From: Leptospirales bacterium
GTDB lineage: Bacteria > Spirochaetota > Leptospiria > Turneriellales > JAOUFE01
Direction: 5' to 3'
Length of the DNA stretch: 64,000 bases
Assembly (NCBI GenBank): GCA_040326155.1
Contig: JBEQLE010000003.1
Location: forward strand, 9,725-73,724
Below the pieces are notes generated by a model, which searched no databases, had not been told where the DNA came from, and saw only the letters and a list, made by a program, of their open reading frames with translations. Below are positions 9,719-18,516 of this stretch, piece by piece. Positions within the stretch are counted from its first letter, which is position 1. Each line of letters begins with the position of its first letter. The position numbers and the translations under genes are program-made.

Positions 9719-9908
9719 ACAGTATGTTGTGAATTTCACTATAAATAGTCAAGGTTAATATTGGCCATGATTATGATTTTCAATTATTTTTGTATGTTAA
9801 AATATACATCTGAAGTTTATATGTACATACTTAATAGTAAATATTCACTTTTTACTTGACAACTAGTGTGTTTTCGTACTACCTTGGTATTAATATGGGA
9901 ATAATAGT

Positions 9909-10976
9909 ATGAATATTAGATATTTAATTGCCTTGTTAACTTTTCTTCTGGCTGGCAGTCTGTTTTCACCTGCTTTTTCACAAGATGCAGAAAAGCCTGA
10001 TGAAAATCTTGTAAAGAGAAAAGTTCTGGTGTTACCTTTTGTTGATCTTGGCGAAAAAAAGTCAAAAGCCGGGTACCTTTCTGTCAGTATTCCTGGAGTA
10101 ATAATTACCTCACTAAACAAAAGTGGCTCTTTTCAGGTTTTAACCCTTGAAGAAAGCAGCACTTTTGCAAAGAAAGCCAAGGTTCAGAGTAAAGATTTTT
10201 ATAATGAAGAGATGGCCATTAAAATTGCAAAAGAGGCCAATGCTGATGTTGTCTTATTGGGTAACTATTTTGTCGTTGCTGATAAGCGAAGAGGTGACTC
10301 CATGCAGATTCAAGCCAAAGTGCTTGATGTTCGCACCGGTAGAAACCGGGTCACTGTAACTAAAAGCAACGAAGTTTCAGCTTCGGTATTCGTAACTATA
10401 AAAGAAATTGCCAGAGAAGTTACCAGGGGTATGGTTAAAGAGCTGCCCCCTTTGACAGAAAGAGAGGTGATGGCTCAGCGTAATGTCAAGTCCGGTGGTC
10501 GTGCCTATCCTTTTGTTCCAAATTTAATGGTAGGCTTAATGGTGAACTACGGCATCAGCGACATGATAATTGGAGCAGGTTTTTCCAGTATCGGTGTTCG
10601 ATTTTTTTATGAAAGCAATTCATTTGGCTTTATGACACTGTTTTTAGTGGCTGAGTTGGAAGTATCGTATGGTAGAGAAACTCTGTTTTCAACAGATGTG
10701 TATTATGGTAATTTGCACGCTGGGTTTTCATACCCGCTAAAAATTTCGAAAAAATTCTCTTTTTCTCCTTACATCATGGGCGGAATTTTTACCGGAATAG
10801 TAGGCCCGACAAGTGAGTATTTTCTTATTCCTTCCGTGAAACCGGGAGTGAATGTTAAATTTGCGTTCAACGAAAAAAAGGGTATAAACGTACATTTTTC
10901 TATGCCATATGTGCTAGATCCAAAAGGTTATTTCTTTTCTCTGGAAGCAGGAGTTGGTTATGCCATCAAATTTTGA
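9909..10976 (+). CDS. A1: secreted protein with an N-terminal LpoB/TolB-N-like domain and a C-terminal OM beta-barrel
   Basis: SPase I signal (PAFSQD). KRKVLVLPFVDLG ... ANADVVLLGNYF ... MQIQAKVLDVRTG. The C-terminal ~165 aa have amphipathic strands and end in ...GYAIKF. Paralog of A2 and A3. Confidence 0.7.
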   Translation: MNIRYLIALLTFLLAGSLFSPAFSQDAEKPDENLVKRKVLVLPFVDLGEKKSKAGYLSVSIPGVIITSLNKSGSFQVLTLEESSTFAKKAKVQSKDFYNEEMAIKIAKEANADVVLLGNYFVVADKRRGDSMQIQAKVLDVRTGRNRVTVTKSNEVSASVFVTIKEIAREVTRGMVKELPPLTEREVMAQRNVKSGGRAYPFVPNLMVGLMVNYGISDMIIGAGFSSIGVRFFYESNSFGFMTLFLVAELEVSYGRETLFSTDVYYGNLHAGFSYPLKISKKFSFSPYIMGGIFTGIVGPTSEYFLIPSVKPGVNVKFAFNEKKGINVHFSMPYVLDPKGYFFSLEAGVGYAIKF

Positions 10977-11010
10977 TATATTAAATAATAGAGAATCTAA
11001 TGGTAGTCTT

Positions 11011-11934
11011 ATGAACAATAAAACAAAAGAAACAAAATTCTTGAGAAGTCTGGTTATTCTAACGATTACCGGGTTGATGTTAACTGCGCTCTCTTGCGTC
11101 AGCTATGTCGACACGGTAGTCCCTAAAGTTAAAGTGACTGTTACTCAGTCTGACCAAATGAACATGAACAAAAATGCGATGATGGGTGGTTACGCCAAAA
11201 CAATATGGGCTGCAACCACCCGATACGAAACTACAGGTTATGAGGCCGAGAAAGTAAAGCTGGATTCGAACGAAAACGGCAACTTGGTAGGGTATCTTCC
11301 GGTAAAACCTGGCACAACAAGTGTAACTGTCATTGTCTGGGATGATGATTTAACAAACGCGACGCCATACGGTGGAAATCGATATGCCCCTTATTCGAGA
11401 AACCATAAACTACTCAAAGCAAAAGGCTATTTTACGCCATGTACCGGGGCTTCGGATACTTTGGGTGTATTATTATCTAACCGAGTATATGGGGACAACC
11501 GCTTGCCTGCTTTTGGCTACGCTACTGCTTTTATTAGTTCTGGTAATTATCGTACATATGGTACCAATAGCCAGGTGGCTAGTAATGGCGGGCCTTCGGA
11601 GGAAGTTTATACAACCGTGACCAGTGTCTCACCTGACAGTTCAATAACGGTCGATTACACGAGTTTCATATTACCCACAGCGAACCATTGTGACTGTCCG
11701 AAACCTTTAAACGTTGTAAATGCAATGTATGCAGTCAGTTCGCCGAGACAGGTATCCGATTGGGCGTTTTTTTACTATTACAGCGACGTTTATCATAATT
11801 CATCTGCATCTGGATGGTGGTTCAGTCAAATAATATTTCAAGCGGCTGTCATGTCAACAACACCAATATCCCCGAATCTTACAGATACAGCGTCGACAAC
11901 CGTCGGTGGGGCCTGTATAAGCAGAATAAAGTAA
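11011..11934 (+). CDS. B1: lipoprotein partner of A1 (Cys-patterned, aromatic/Thr-rich tail)
   Basis: Lipobox LTALSC. Conserved with B2 in WAATTRYETTGYEAEKVKL, YFTPCTGA, CDCP and GGACISRIK. Start chosen at ATG 11011; alternatives are 10954 (TTG) and 10960 (ATG). Confidence 0.65.
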   Translation: MNNKTKETKFLRSLVILTITGLMLTALSCVSYVDTVVPKVKVTVTQSDQMNMNKNAMMGGYAKTIWAATTRYETTGYEAEKVKLDSNENGNLVGYLPVKPGTTSVTVIVWDDDLTNATPYGGNRYAPYSRNHKLLKAKGYFTPCTGASDTLGVLLSNRVYGDNRLPAFGYATAFISSGNYRTYGTNSQVASNGGPSEEVYTTVTSVSPDSSITVDYTSFILPTANHCDCPKPLNVVNAMYAVSSPRQVSDWAFFYYYSDVYHNSSASGWWFSQIIFQAAVMSTTPISPNLTDTASTTVGGACISRIK

Positions 11935-11943
11935 ACAGAATTT

Positions 11944-13056
11944 ATGGAATATAATATGCAAATAAAACGGAAACAATTCTCCTCTCAACCCCATAAACAG
12001 TTTCGCTTATTTGCGAAAATGGTAGCATTGTTTTGTACTCTGGGGTTTTTGTTGGTTCCCGCAGAGTCAATACTAGCACAGGGAAGTGCTAAAAAAGAGC
12101 GCCTAAAGCGAAGGGTTCTTATTTTAGATTTTTCCAATGCCAGTAAAGCCAGAGGCGGTGAACATCTCGATTTAACTATTCCAGATGCATTAATCGAACA
12201 CTTACAAAAAACGAATGACTTTATTATCTTAAGGCGTGACCTGGCTGCCAAAAAAGCGGCTAAAGTTATGAAACGAGATTCCCGGTATGATGTTGAAAAA
12301 GCAATTAAAGTTGGCGATTCAGCAAACGCCGATGTTGTTGTAATTGGCAACTACGCAATTTACAATGGTTATATTCAAATACAGGCAAAAGCAATCGATG
12401 TACATTCGGGCGAAGTTCCGGTGGTAATGACAGTTCAAGGAAGAACAGATAGAAATATCTTTGTTACAATACAGAAGCTGACTCGACAAGTAGCATCAAA
12501 AATGTCAAAGGAACTCGGGCCTATTGACGTTACGGAGTTACCTGCGAAACGAGCTATGTACGAACAGAGTCTTGCCTTAAATGAAAAGAAACAAAACCGA
12601 ATGTTGCCGTCGGCTTCCATTGGGTTTATTGGCACTTTTGGTCTTACCGATAATGCCCAGATGCTTGAATTTGGTAAAGGGGTTCGCGTAGCGTTTACGC
12701 CAACGCCCTTGTTTAATGGAGTTTTAAATATGTATTTTGAGTGGAATTTATGGTTTTCGGGTGATAAATACCAGAATATTCCCTTGATGTTTAATGGAAT
12801 ATTTGCCGGTACTACCTACCCTGTTGTTCTATTTCCGAAGTTTATATTGTCGCCATTTCTTCTAGTGGGAAATTATGGCGGTCATGTTTCAAACAAATCA
12901 ATATTTTCGATATTTGCTACAAAAGTCGGCTTGGATATGAAGTATGCATTCAAAGAAAATTTCGGCGCTAATGTGACCGTAAGTTTAGTCAGTTTGCATG
13001 ACGATGATATACAAATGTTGCTTGAATTCAGTGCGGGAGTTGCCGGAAAGTTCTAA
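11944..13056 (+). CDS. A2: paralog of A1 (LpoB/TolB-N-like domain + C-terminal beta-barrel)
   Basis: Signal peptide. KRRVLILDFSNAS ... ANADVVVIGNYA ... IQIQAKAIDVHSG. Ends in ...GVAGKF. Lies 9 nt after B1. Confidence 0.7.
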   Translation: MEYNMQIKRKQFSSQPHKQFRLFAKMVALFCTLGFLLVPAESILAQGSAKKERLKRRVLILDFSNASKARGGEHLDLTIPDALIEHLQKTNDFIILRRDLAAKKAAKVMKRDSRYDVEKAIKVGDSANADVVVIGNYAIYNGYIQIQAKAIDVHSGEVPVVMTVQGRTDRNIFVTIQKLTRQVASKMSKELGPIDVTELPAKRAMYEQSLALNEKKQNRMLPSASIGFIGTFGLTDNAQMLEFGKGVRVAFTPTPLFNGVLNMYFEWNLWFSGDKYQNIPLMFNGIFAGTTYPVVLFPKFILSPFLLVGNYGGHVSNKSIFSIFATKVGLDMKYAFKENFGANVTVSLVSLHDDDIQMLLEFSAGVAGKF

Positions 13057-13068
13057 GGTGGTGCAATT

Positions 13069-13929
13069 ATGAAATTACATAAAAACGAATTAAAAAAACT
13101 AACGAAGAAATTATTTTTATTATTACTGCCCCTTTTGGTATTTGCAAATTGCGGAGATTTCTCTTTATTTAACCAATTGTCGCAACCAGTGAGTATTGTG
13201 GTTTATAATGCAGACCAGAATAATAATAATAAAACAAGCCCGAAAAAGGCTGTAGATCTCTGGGCTGTTTCAACAAGATATGAAACAGGCGGATATTCTT
13301 CAGAAAAAGTGCAATTGACCGACAAGGGTAATGGGGAATGGAGTGGTCTTTTACCGTTGGTGGACCAGGGCGACACTTACATTATAATTTATGATGATGT
13401 ACAGACAAAGCCTATTCCATATGGTAATTCAACTCTGCAAACCAGTACATTTTACTTCAGCGCGTCTAAGCGTTTAATAACGGATGACTATTTTTCTCCA
13501 TGTATGGGACCAGTTAAAAACCCTACAGGCGCGAACACACCTTTGTATAATTTAATGTCAAGCGGACAAATATCGATATTTAATAACGCAGATAATGTTG
13601 GTTCTGCTACCACAGCAAATGATGAAGTTTATATTGTTCAATACGTAAATTCAGATTCCAGTACAGTTCAAGTTGACTATACACAATTTGGCCAGGCCAA
13701 TGTGAGCTGGTTTTGTAATTGCAACCGTAATGTGCAAATTTATAAAACGAGTATATTCTACTCGTCCCCAAGTACGACCGTCACCAACACCTACCCATAC
13801 TCCACTCCATATGTAATGTTTACAGACAATGATCACTTTACACCAAGTATGGGCACTGGGGGTTACACCTCCACCTACACCCCCCCATACACCACTGTGG
13901 TAGGTGGAACAACCTGTCCAAGCAGGTAA
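13069..13929 (+). CDS. B2: lipoprotein paralog of B1
   Basis: SD AAGGTGG. Lipobox VFANC. WAVSTRYETGGYSSEKVQL, YFSPCMGP, FCNCN and GGTTCPSR. Tail is rich in Y, T and P. Confidence 0.68.
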   Translation: MKLHKNELKKLTKKLFLLLLPLLVFANCGDFSLFNQLSQPVSIVVYNADQNNNNKTSPKKAVDLWAVSTRYETGGYSSEKVQLTDKGNGEWSGLLPLVDQGDTYIIIYDDVQTKPIPYGNSTLQTSTFYFSASKRLITDDYFSPCMGPVKNPTGANTPLYNLMSSGQISIFNNADNVGSATTANDEVYIVQYVNSDSSTVQVDYTQFGQANVSWFCNCNRNVQIYKTSIFYSSPSTTVTNTYPYSTPYVMFTDNDHFTPSMGTGGYTSTYTPPYTTVVGGTTCPSR

Positions 13930-13960
13930 TGTGTATATTAATGAATATAAAGGCAAGAAA

Positions 13961-14989
13961 ATGAAACGAATTATAAACATATTATTAACAATTGGAATTG
14001 TCTTACTTGTAGGTGGTTCGTCTTCCATATATGCACAAAAGGGTGTAAAAAAAGTGTTAATACTCGACTTTGCAAATGGCGGCGGCGGTGCTAAAGTCGA
14101 TTTTTTCCATACTACTGGTTCCGACATCTTGAATGAAAAATTATTAACCTCCCGAAAATTTGAAATTATTTCAAAAGCAAAAATGAAAAAAGCCATTAAA
14201 AAATTGAAAATATCTAAAAATCAAATTCATTTAAAAAAGAATGCTATTCGTATTGCTGAATTAGTGGAAGCTGATATCGTTATCTCTGGTGTATACAAAA
14301 CAGCCCAGAACAATTATATGTTTACCATAAATGTTTATCACATGAAAAAAAGTGATGAAAAAAAGGACTTCAAGGAAGAAACCAAAGGCTCATTAAAGAA
14401 TTCTGTTTTTGCAGCTATGGATAATCTGTCAAATAAGGTTGTCAAACGGGTCGATCGAACTACCTCTGTCAGTTCTTCAGGTAAAACGGAAGCACGCAGG
14501 TTTTCAGGGTATACCAGGTTTAATCCCGTTATCGACGTATATTTTTCAGGAGCATATATTTCTACTTTTAATATGATAGGTTTGGGAACGAAGGTCAATT
14601 GGCAACCGCCTCCACTCGGTAAATCTTTTCACACATATTATGAGTTTGAAGCCATCAAGCTTGACAATGGCAATTCATACGATTCGACATGGTATGTCTC
14701 CATTAGTTATTTTGGTTATATTATTCCAATTCAGATGGGCGGTAACTTCGTGCTTTCTCCCTATATATTGCTCGGTGAATATTTTATATCGGAAAATTCG
14801 TCTGCAACCATGGACGGACCCGTAGTAAAAACGGGAGCCAACGCCAGATTTTACTTTGGCAAGTCTTTTGGAGTTGCCGTAGACGCTTCCATCGCAGCTC
14901 CCATGCTTTCAAATATGGGAAGTGGGTTCTTCAGTAGCTTTATAGGCGTTATAAATGTAAGTCTGGGCGTTACCTATCGAATCAAATGA
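13961..14989 (+). CDS. A3: third paralog of A1/A2, with no downstream B gene
   Basis: Signal peptide (SSSIYAQKG). KKVLILDFANGG ... VEADIVISGVYK. C-terminal strand pattern includes LSPYILLGEYF. ATG 13961 is preferred over the listed 13904. Confidence 0.68.
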   Translation: MKRIINILLTIGIVLLVGGSSSIYAQKGVKKVLILDFANGGGGAKVDFFHTTGSDILNEKLLTSRKFEIISKAKMKKAIKKLKISKNQIHLKKNAIRIAELVEADIVISGVYKTAQNNYMFTINVYHMKKSDEKKDFKEETKGSLKNSVFAAMDNLSNKVVKRVDRTTSVSSSGKTEARRFSGYTRFNPVIDVYFSGAYISTFNMIGLGTKVNWQPPPLGKSFHTYYEFEAIKLDNGNSYDSTWYVSISYFGYIIPIQMGGNFVLSPYILLGEYFISENSSATMDGPVVKTGANARFYFGKSFGVAVDASIAAPMLSNMGSGFFSSFIGVINVSLGVTYRIK

Positions 14990-14997
14990 ATTTACAT

Positions 14998-15600
14998 TTA
15001 CGAAGAGGCATTCAATAGCAGGTATCCTGCAATAATAGACGCGACTATTAATATTACAGGATTAATGCGGTATCGTTTATTCAGCCAAAATACACTTCCT
15101 GCGATAGCAATATAGAAAATCGACTGAACCCATTCCATTCTAAACCCTTTTTTCAAGAGTCCATATAAGAACACAGCTAAAATAGAAATAATAGCAATCT
15201 GAGCGCCTTTGCGTATATTTTTAACATTCTCTTTATGTGATAGCCGGTTATAGAATTTCGTTATTAATGGTACAATAAGCAGGCTAGGCGCAAGCAGCCC
15301 CAGTAATATGGCGAGCATCGTGAAAACCCCTCCCAGAGGATACCCCAACATGGCTATTCCGCCGACTCGCGGTCCGGGTATCATTCTGGATATGCCGAAT
15401 ATTCTGTCGAAGTCTTCCTGCTTAAAAACGATCTCTCTTTCGCACTGTTTTTCCACTTTGCATTCGGTCACCAGCTTTTTTTGCGTGAGAGCCCAGATTG
15501 AATAGATACCGCCAAAACTGTAAAGGCTGATCTGAAAAAACAAAGCAAATAATTTAAGGTTCACTGTGACCTCGTATCTTTCGCACGACTGGAATTGCAT
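14998..15600 (-). CDS. chrA: chromate transporter family protein, short-chain CHR, second half
   Basis: ISLYSFGGIYSIW ... MIPGPRVGGIAMLGY. Paired with the upstream half-size CHR gene. An alternative GTG start at 15564 is possible. Confidence 0.75.
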   Translation of the reverse strand: MQFQSCERYEVTVNLKLFALFFQISLYSFGGIYSIWALTQKKLVTECKVEKQCEREIVFKQEDFDRIFGISRMIPGPRVGGIAMLGYPLGGVFTMLAILLGLLAPSLLIVPLITKFYNRLSHKENVKNIRKGAQIAIISILAVFLYGLLKKGFRMEWVQSIFYIAIAGSVFWLNKRYRINPVILIVASIIAGYLLLNASS

Positions 15601-16129
15601 AGGTTATAACTGCGCCAGCTAAAATTATTACAAAAAATGAGACACCATCTGAAAACAGTTTTCCCGCTCCCATAACAAAAAGAAGGAACAGTAAAATTGC
15701 TGTTTCTGTTTTTCCGGTTATTATATCCTCACCCAGTTTTATAGTAGCATTTAATAACAGTCCCGCGATACCGGCTTGCAGCCCCATAAGAATTCCATGG
15801 TTTTCCATAAAGAAGGCAGCCACACCAGGTTGGTATAACATAGCGGCGATGCCTGCTGCAATGAATAACGAGGGCAATACAAAACCGGCAACGGAAAGCA
15901 ACATTCCCGAAATACCTCTTAACTGGTATCCTAAATTTACTACAATATTAACGTGATAGGGTCCGGGCGCAAACGCGGCCACGGCATAAGCCTCTCGCAA
16001 TTTTTCAAGGCTCATCCACTTTTTTCGTTCTACAAGGTTCTCAATCAGAACTTCCCCTGTGGCTGCCCCAAAAGAGTAACTTCCAATTTTGAGAAAGGCG
16101 AGAAATATATTTAATTTCGTAATTTCCAA
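15554..16129 (-). CDS. chrA: chromate transporter family protein, short-chain CHR, first half
   Basis: FLKIGSYSFG ... KKWMSLEKLREAYAVAAFAPGPYHVNIVVNLGY. TTG start. Confidence 0.75.
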   Translation of the reverse strand: MEITKLNIFLAFLKIGSYSFGAATGEVLIENLVERKKWMSLEKLREAYAVAAFAPGPYHVNIVVNLGYQLRGISGMLLSVAGFVLPSLFIAAGIAAMLYQPGVAAFFMENHGILMGLQAGIAGLLLNATIKLGEDIITGKTETAILLFLLFVMGAGKLFSDGVSFFVIILAGAVITYAIPVVRKIRGHSEP

Positions 16130-18333
16130 CGCTCAGGTTCCGTCGGCAATAATTTTTTCAGTCTTTGTATCGACTCTGATAAGCCGGGATGTTCAATATC
16201 ATAGAACTCCCTTTTCTCAATTTTATCGCCAAATTCAAAAAACATATACCGTACGCCGGTTTCTTCGTTTTCTTTCACGAGCTTTCCATATGGCGTAATT
16301 ACTGCGCTGTGTAAACCAAAGGGAAGGCCGTTGGTCCGTTTCAGTTTCCAGGCGCTACCAACGATCGTAAACACCGGCAACATAAAATCTTCTCTTTTGT
16401 CTGTAAGAGGTGTAAGGTTAACATGAAATAAACTTTCGCCTTTCAGGCCAAGGGTATCTTCTTTATCCGGTAGCAGGTTGGTTAAATTTATTAAAGTTGG
16501 AAAAATATCAAGTATGGATGCCGGTCGGTCAATACGCGCTGGTGCAATTTTATTTTTCCAATAAAAAAACAGCGGAATGTCAATGAGTTCCGCATGCAGG
16601 GAGTTCATATGCCCATAAATATTGTGCTCATAGAACGACTCTCCGTGGTCGGCAACAAAAACGATAATTGTATTGTCCAGCTCGCCTGCCTGTTTCAAAT
16701 ACTCAATGACTCTTCCCAGGTTTGCGTCAGTAATGCGTATTGCATTATCGTAATTGGCGATCAGGCTTTCCAGTTTTCTCGGGCCCATTCTTGGCGCCGG
16801 CTGAGAAGGAGGGGTATGTTGTGTCGGCGGTGAATACTGCTGGTTAACATACTCTGCGCCAAAGTAGGGTAGTAAGTACGGCAGTTGTTGGTAATAAGGC
16901 GTATGTGGTCCCATAATCTGGAGGTGTACAAAAAATGGTTTGTTGGCAGGCTTAATATTTTTATGCCAATCCATAAACTTGTTTGTAACATTTTTATCTT
17001 TAAGCCAATAATTTACAATTTCTCCTTCGGAGTCTTCAAGTACAAAATAAAAAAAGTAGAGCGTATTTTTATACCAGGAGTTTAGAACATTCGTGTACCA
17101 TTTTCCTGAGATCGGTAAGATATTGGGAAACTTTCTTAATTCATCTGCAGCCTGCTTATCAATGAGATTATGAATTATTTTCCGATATTGAGCTGTCTCT
17201 TCGGCGGTTAATTTAATTCCCGGCTCAATTTTTTCATTTAGAAAATCGTTTAACTGAGATAACGATAAATTAAGATAATCAGCGTACTCTTTCAGTGAAA
17301 TACTATTATTTTTTAAAGATGAAAATGCTTTTCCATGGAATGTATTTTCGAAAAACCGGATAGTTATAAATTTATGAAAGGCAGTATGCTCTGGCGGCAT
17401 AGAGTGCATGCGATATTTATACCCTTTTGCATGACCAAAAAATGAGCTGGCATTGCTATTCGCTGAAATCAGCGCAGTCTCGTAACCTTTTGACGAAAAA
17501 TATTCCGCCATAAAAGTTCCTTGATATGCAATTGGATAGGCCCCGTTATGAACGGTATCATCTGTCAGTGGTTGAGAGGTAACCAGAGACGCTGTTGCAG
17601 GTTTTGTCCAGGCGGAAGTTGAAAATGCATTTTCGAAAACAACCCCCTTGTCCGCCAGTTTTTTCATATTTGGCGTTGTGTCTCGTTCGTATCCATAAAA
17701 TGTCATGTGGTCTTGCCGTGTGGTGTCGGAGACAATCAACAACACATTTGGTATATTCTTCTGGGAGTTTCCGGAACTGATCATGTTATTACCGAAATGT
17801 TTTGCAAATGAAATCAACAAAAGTAGAATAACAAATATAAAACCTGCTCGTGTAATGAAAGTGGTACCAATGGCAAAAAAGAGTATACTCAAAAGAATTA
17901 TAACCGTAAAAAACCGGTCACTGACCAAAAGGCTGGAATTGTCAGCCATTTGCCAGAAAACAATGACAGTTATAAATGTAATAACATGGTGAATTCGCTT
18001 TTGCTTAAAATGAGCAATTCGTTTCAGAGTTTGAAGAGCCCTGTTTTTTTGTGAACCCTTTGCTGTTTCCCGGTTTTTCAATATTGCATGTAATTTACCA
18101 ATTAAGTATTCAAAAAGAAGAAAAAACAAAAACAGTGGAACCAGTAAATATAAAAATCCGATCAAGTAAAACATATAAGAGAAAAGAAATGCCGGCGTAA
18201 AAAATTCAGCCATGGCAGCTGAATGAAAATGGTAAATAGTTTCAGTGTAAATTAGAATATAAGACATTACGGAGCCGGCTAAGAAAGCATGAGCCAAATT
18301 GGTGAATGTCTTTTTAATCAGTATGTTTTTCAT
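16111..18333 (-). CDS. membrane-anchored sulfatase / alkaline-phosphatase-superfamily transferase (LtaS/OpgB/EptA-like)
   Basis: N-terminal multi-TM region, then NVLLIVSDTTRQDHMTFYGYERDTTPNM and VADHGESFYEHNIYGH. Confidence 0.8.
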   Translation of the reverse strand: MKNILIKKTFTNLAHAFLAGSVMSYILIYTETIYHFHSAAMAEFFTPAFLFSYMFYLIGFLYLLVPLFLFFLLFEYLIGKLHAILKNRETAKGSQKNRALQTLKRIAHFKQKRIHHVITFITVIVFWQMADNSSLLVSDRFFTVIILLSILFFAIGTTFITRAGFIFVILLLLISFAKHFGNNMISSGNSQKNIPNVLLIVSDTTRQDHMTFYGYERDTTPNMKKLADKGVVFENAFSTSAWTKPATASLVTSQPLTDDTVHNGAYPIAYQGTFMAEYFSSKGYETALISANSNASSFFGHAKGYKYRMHSMPPEHTAFHKFITIRFFENTFHGKAFSSLKNNSISLKEYADYLNLSLSQLNDFLNEKIEPGIKLTAEETAQYRKIIHNLIDKQAADELRKFPNILPISGKWYTNVLNSWYKNTLYFFYFVLEDSEGEIVNYWLKDKNVTNKFMDWHKNIKPANKPFFVHLQIMGPHTPYYQQLPYLLPYFGAEYVNQQYSPPTQHTPPSQPAPRMGPRKLESLIANYDNAIRITDANLGRVIEYLKQAGELDNTIIVFVADHGESFYEHNIYGHMNSLHAELIDIPLFFYWKNKIAPARIDRPASILDIFPTLINLTNLLPDKEDTLGLKGESLFHVNLTPLTDKREDFMLPVFTIVGSAWKLKRTNGLPFGLHSAVITPYGKLVKENEETGVRYMFFEFGDKIEKREFYDIEHPGLSESIQRLKKLLPTEPERWKLRN

Positions 18334-18516
18334 GTCTCAGAATCAACTTTAGAGTTATTTCGCATTGTCAATATCTGAACGATGAAACTCAGGGTATATA
18401 TTTATTTTGCTGTACCAAACAAAAGAATAACACCTCATCAAATAATTATTATTGATTTGACAATTGAATTGCCGGATGTTTGATGTCATTACTTTTATAA
18501 AATCAGGAGTTCTATT

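Noticed and set aside
14998-16129. Two half-size chromate-transporter ORFs overlapping by 47 nt, considered as a frameshifted chrA pseudogene.
   Set aside because: Each half has its own complete CHR-domain signature, and paired short-chain CHR genes are an established arrangement. With the GTG start at 15564 the overlap shrinks to 11 nt.
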